From NCBI RefSeq assembly GCF_036971445.1, contig NC_091471.1, forward strand, positions 2,852,001 through 2,916,000: a DNA stretch of 64,000 nucleotides, read 5' to 3'. The stretch comes from Narcine bancroftii. Its lineage: Eukaryota. Position 1 is the stretch's first letter; each line of letters opens with the position of its first letter. The notes below the pieces were generated by a model that made no database searches, was not told the DNA's origin, and worked only from the letters and a program-made list of their open reading frames with translations. This document shows positions 63,436-64,000 of the stretch, piece by piece. The position numbers were made by a program, and so were the translations under genes.

Positions 63436-63912
63436 CCATAAGATATAGGAGCAGAAAGAGGCCATTCAGCCCATCGTCTACTCTGCTGACCATTCAACCC
63501 CACTCCCCTGCCTTCTCCCCATAACCTTTGAAACCCTGACTATTCAGATGGCTATCAATTTCTGCAAATACACCCAACAACATGGCCTCCACAGCCAGCT
63601 GTTGTAGCAAATTCCAGATGCTCATTGCTCTCTGGCTAAAATTCCTCCACATTTCCTTTTTAAATGGGTGCCCTTCAATTCTGAAGTTGTGCCCTCTTGC
63701 CCAAGACTCCCACACGGGAAACAACTTTGCTTCATCTACTCTGTCCAGGCCTTTCAACATTTGAAATGCTTCTATGAGGTGCCCCCTCATTTTCTGAACT
63801 GCAAGGAGTCCAAGAGCCGGCGAACATTCTTTATATGCTAATCCCTTCATTCAAGGAATCATCCTTGTGAATATTCTCTGAACTCTCTCCAATGCCAGCA
63901 TATCCTTTCTTT
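63436..63912 (-). mobile_element. CR1-clade LINE 3' fragment
   Basis: ORF 63494-63850 (RGHLIEAFQMLKGLDRVD...RGHNFRI) and a 3' UTR beginning CATAAGATATAGGAGCAG. Confidence 0.8.
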
Positions 63913-63919
63913 AAAAATT

Positions 63920-64000
63920 AGCATGGTTGGCGTAGTGGTTAGCGTAACACCTTTTCAGTGGCAGCGATCGGGACCAGGATTCGAATCCCACGCTGTCTCT
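63920..64000 (+). mobile_element. 5' head of a tRNA-derived SINE (cut by the window end)
   Basis: TGGCGTAGTGG A-box and GATTCGAATCC B-box; resembles the 53930 SINE head. Confidence 0.65.

Overview
This is eukaryotic, repeat-rich vertebrate genomic DNA. The mix of CR1, Rex1/Babar, Penelope, RTE, L1-like and V-SINE repeats suggests a cartilaginous fish (inference). The main gene is a + strand ZNF638/NP220-like (Matrin-3/RBM20/ZNF638 family) gene. It has a CpG-island promoter with a candidate exon 1 (~14.55-14.8 kb), a ~33 kb first intron, and six phase-compatible coding exons (48188-49535, 54258-54319, 57215-57253, 58351-58892, 62232-62296, 62545-62685). These encode a Matrin-type N-terminal motif, a split Matrin/U1-type zinc finger, an RS/SP region and the first half of RRM1; the gene continues past the window. 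Points of interest: (1) a 68-codon Leu/Gln-rich, RBM20-like open frame lies upstream of the first in-exon AUG and stays in frame with exon 1 and two candidate microexons; (2) a prion-like QYGQSQGPP decamer array; (3) large cytidine-cluster arrays flank the promoter of a gene whose mammalian orthologue binds C-clusters; (4) a TE-poor intron 2 carries candidate poison exons; (5) an antisense processed ferritin-H pseudogene keeps an intact IRE and an 11-bp TSD; (6) a composite hAT MITE; (7) an RTE insertion with a 5' inversion; (8) a decayed SAP-domain/coiled-coil gene on the minus strand upstream of the promoter. Comparisons with mammalian proteins are from memory and need confirming by alignment.
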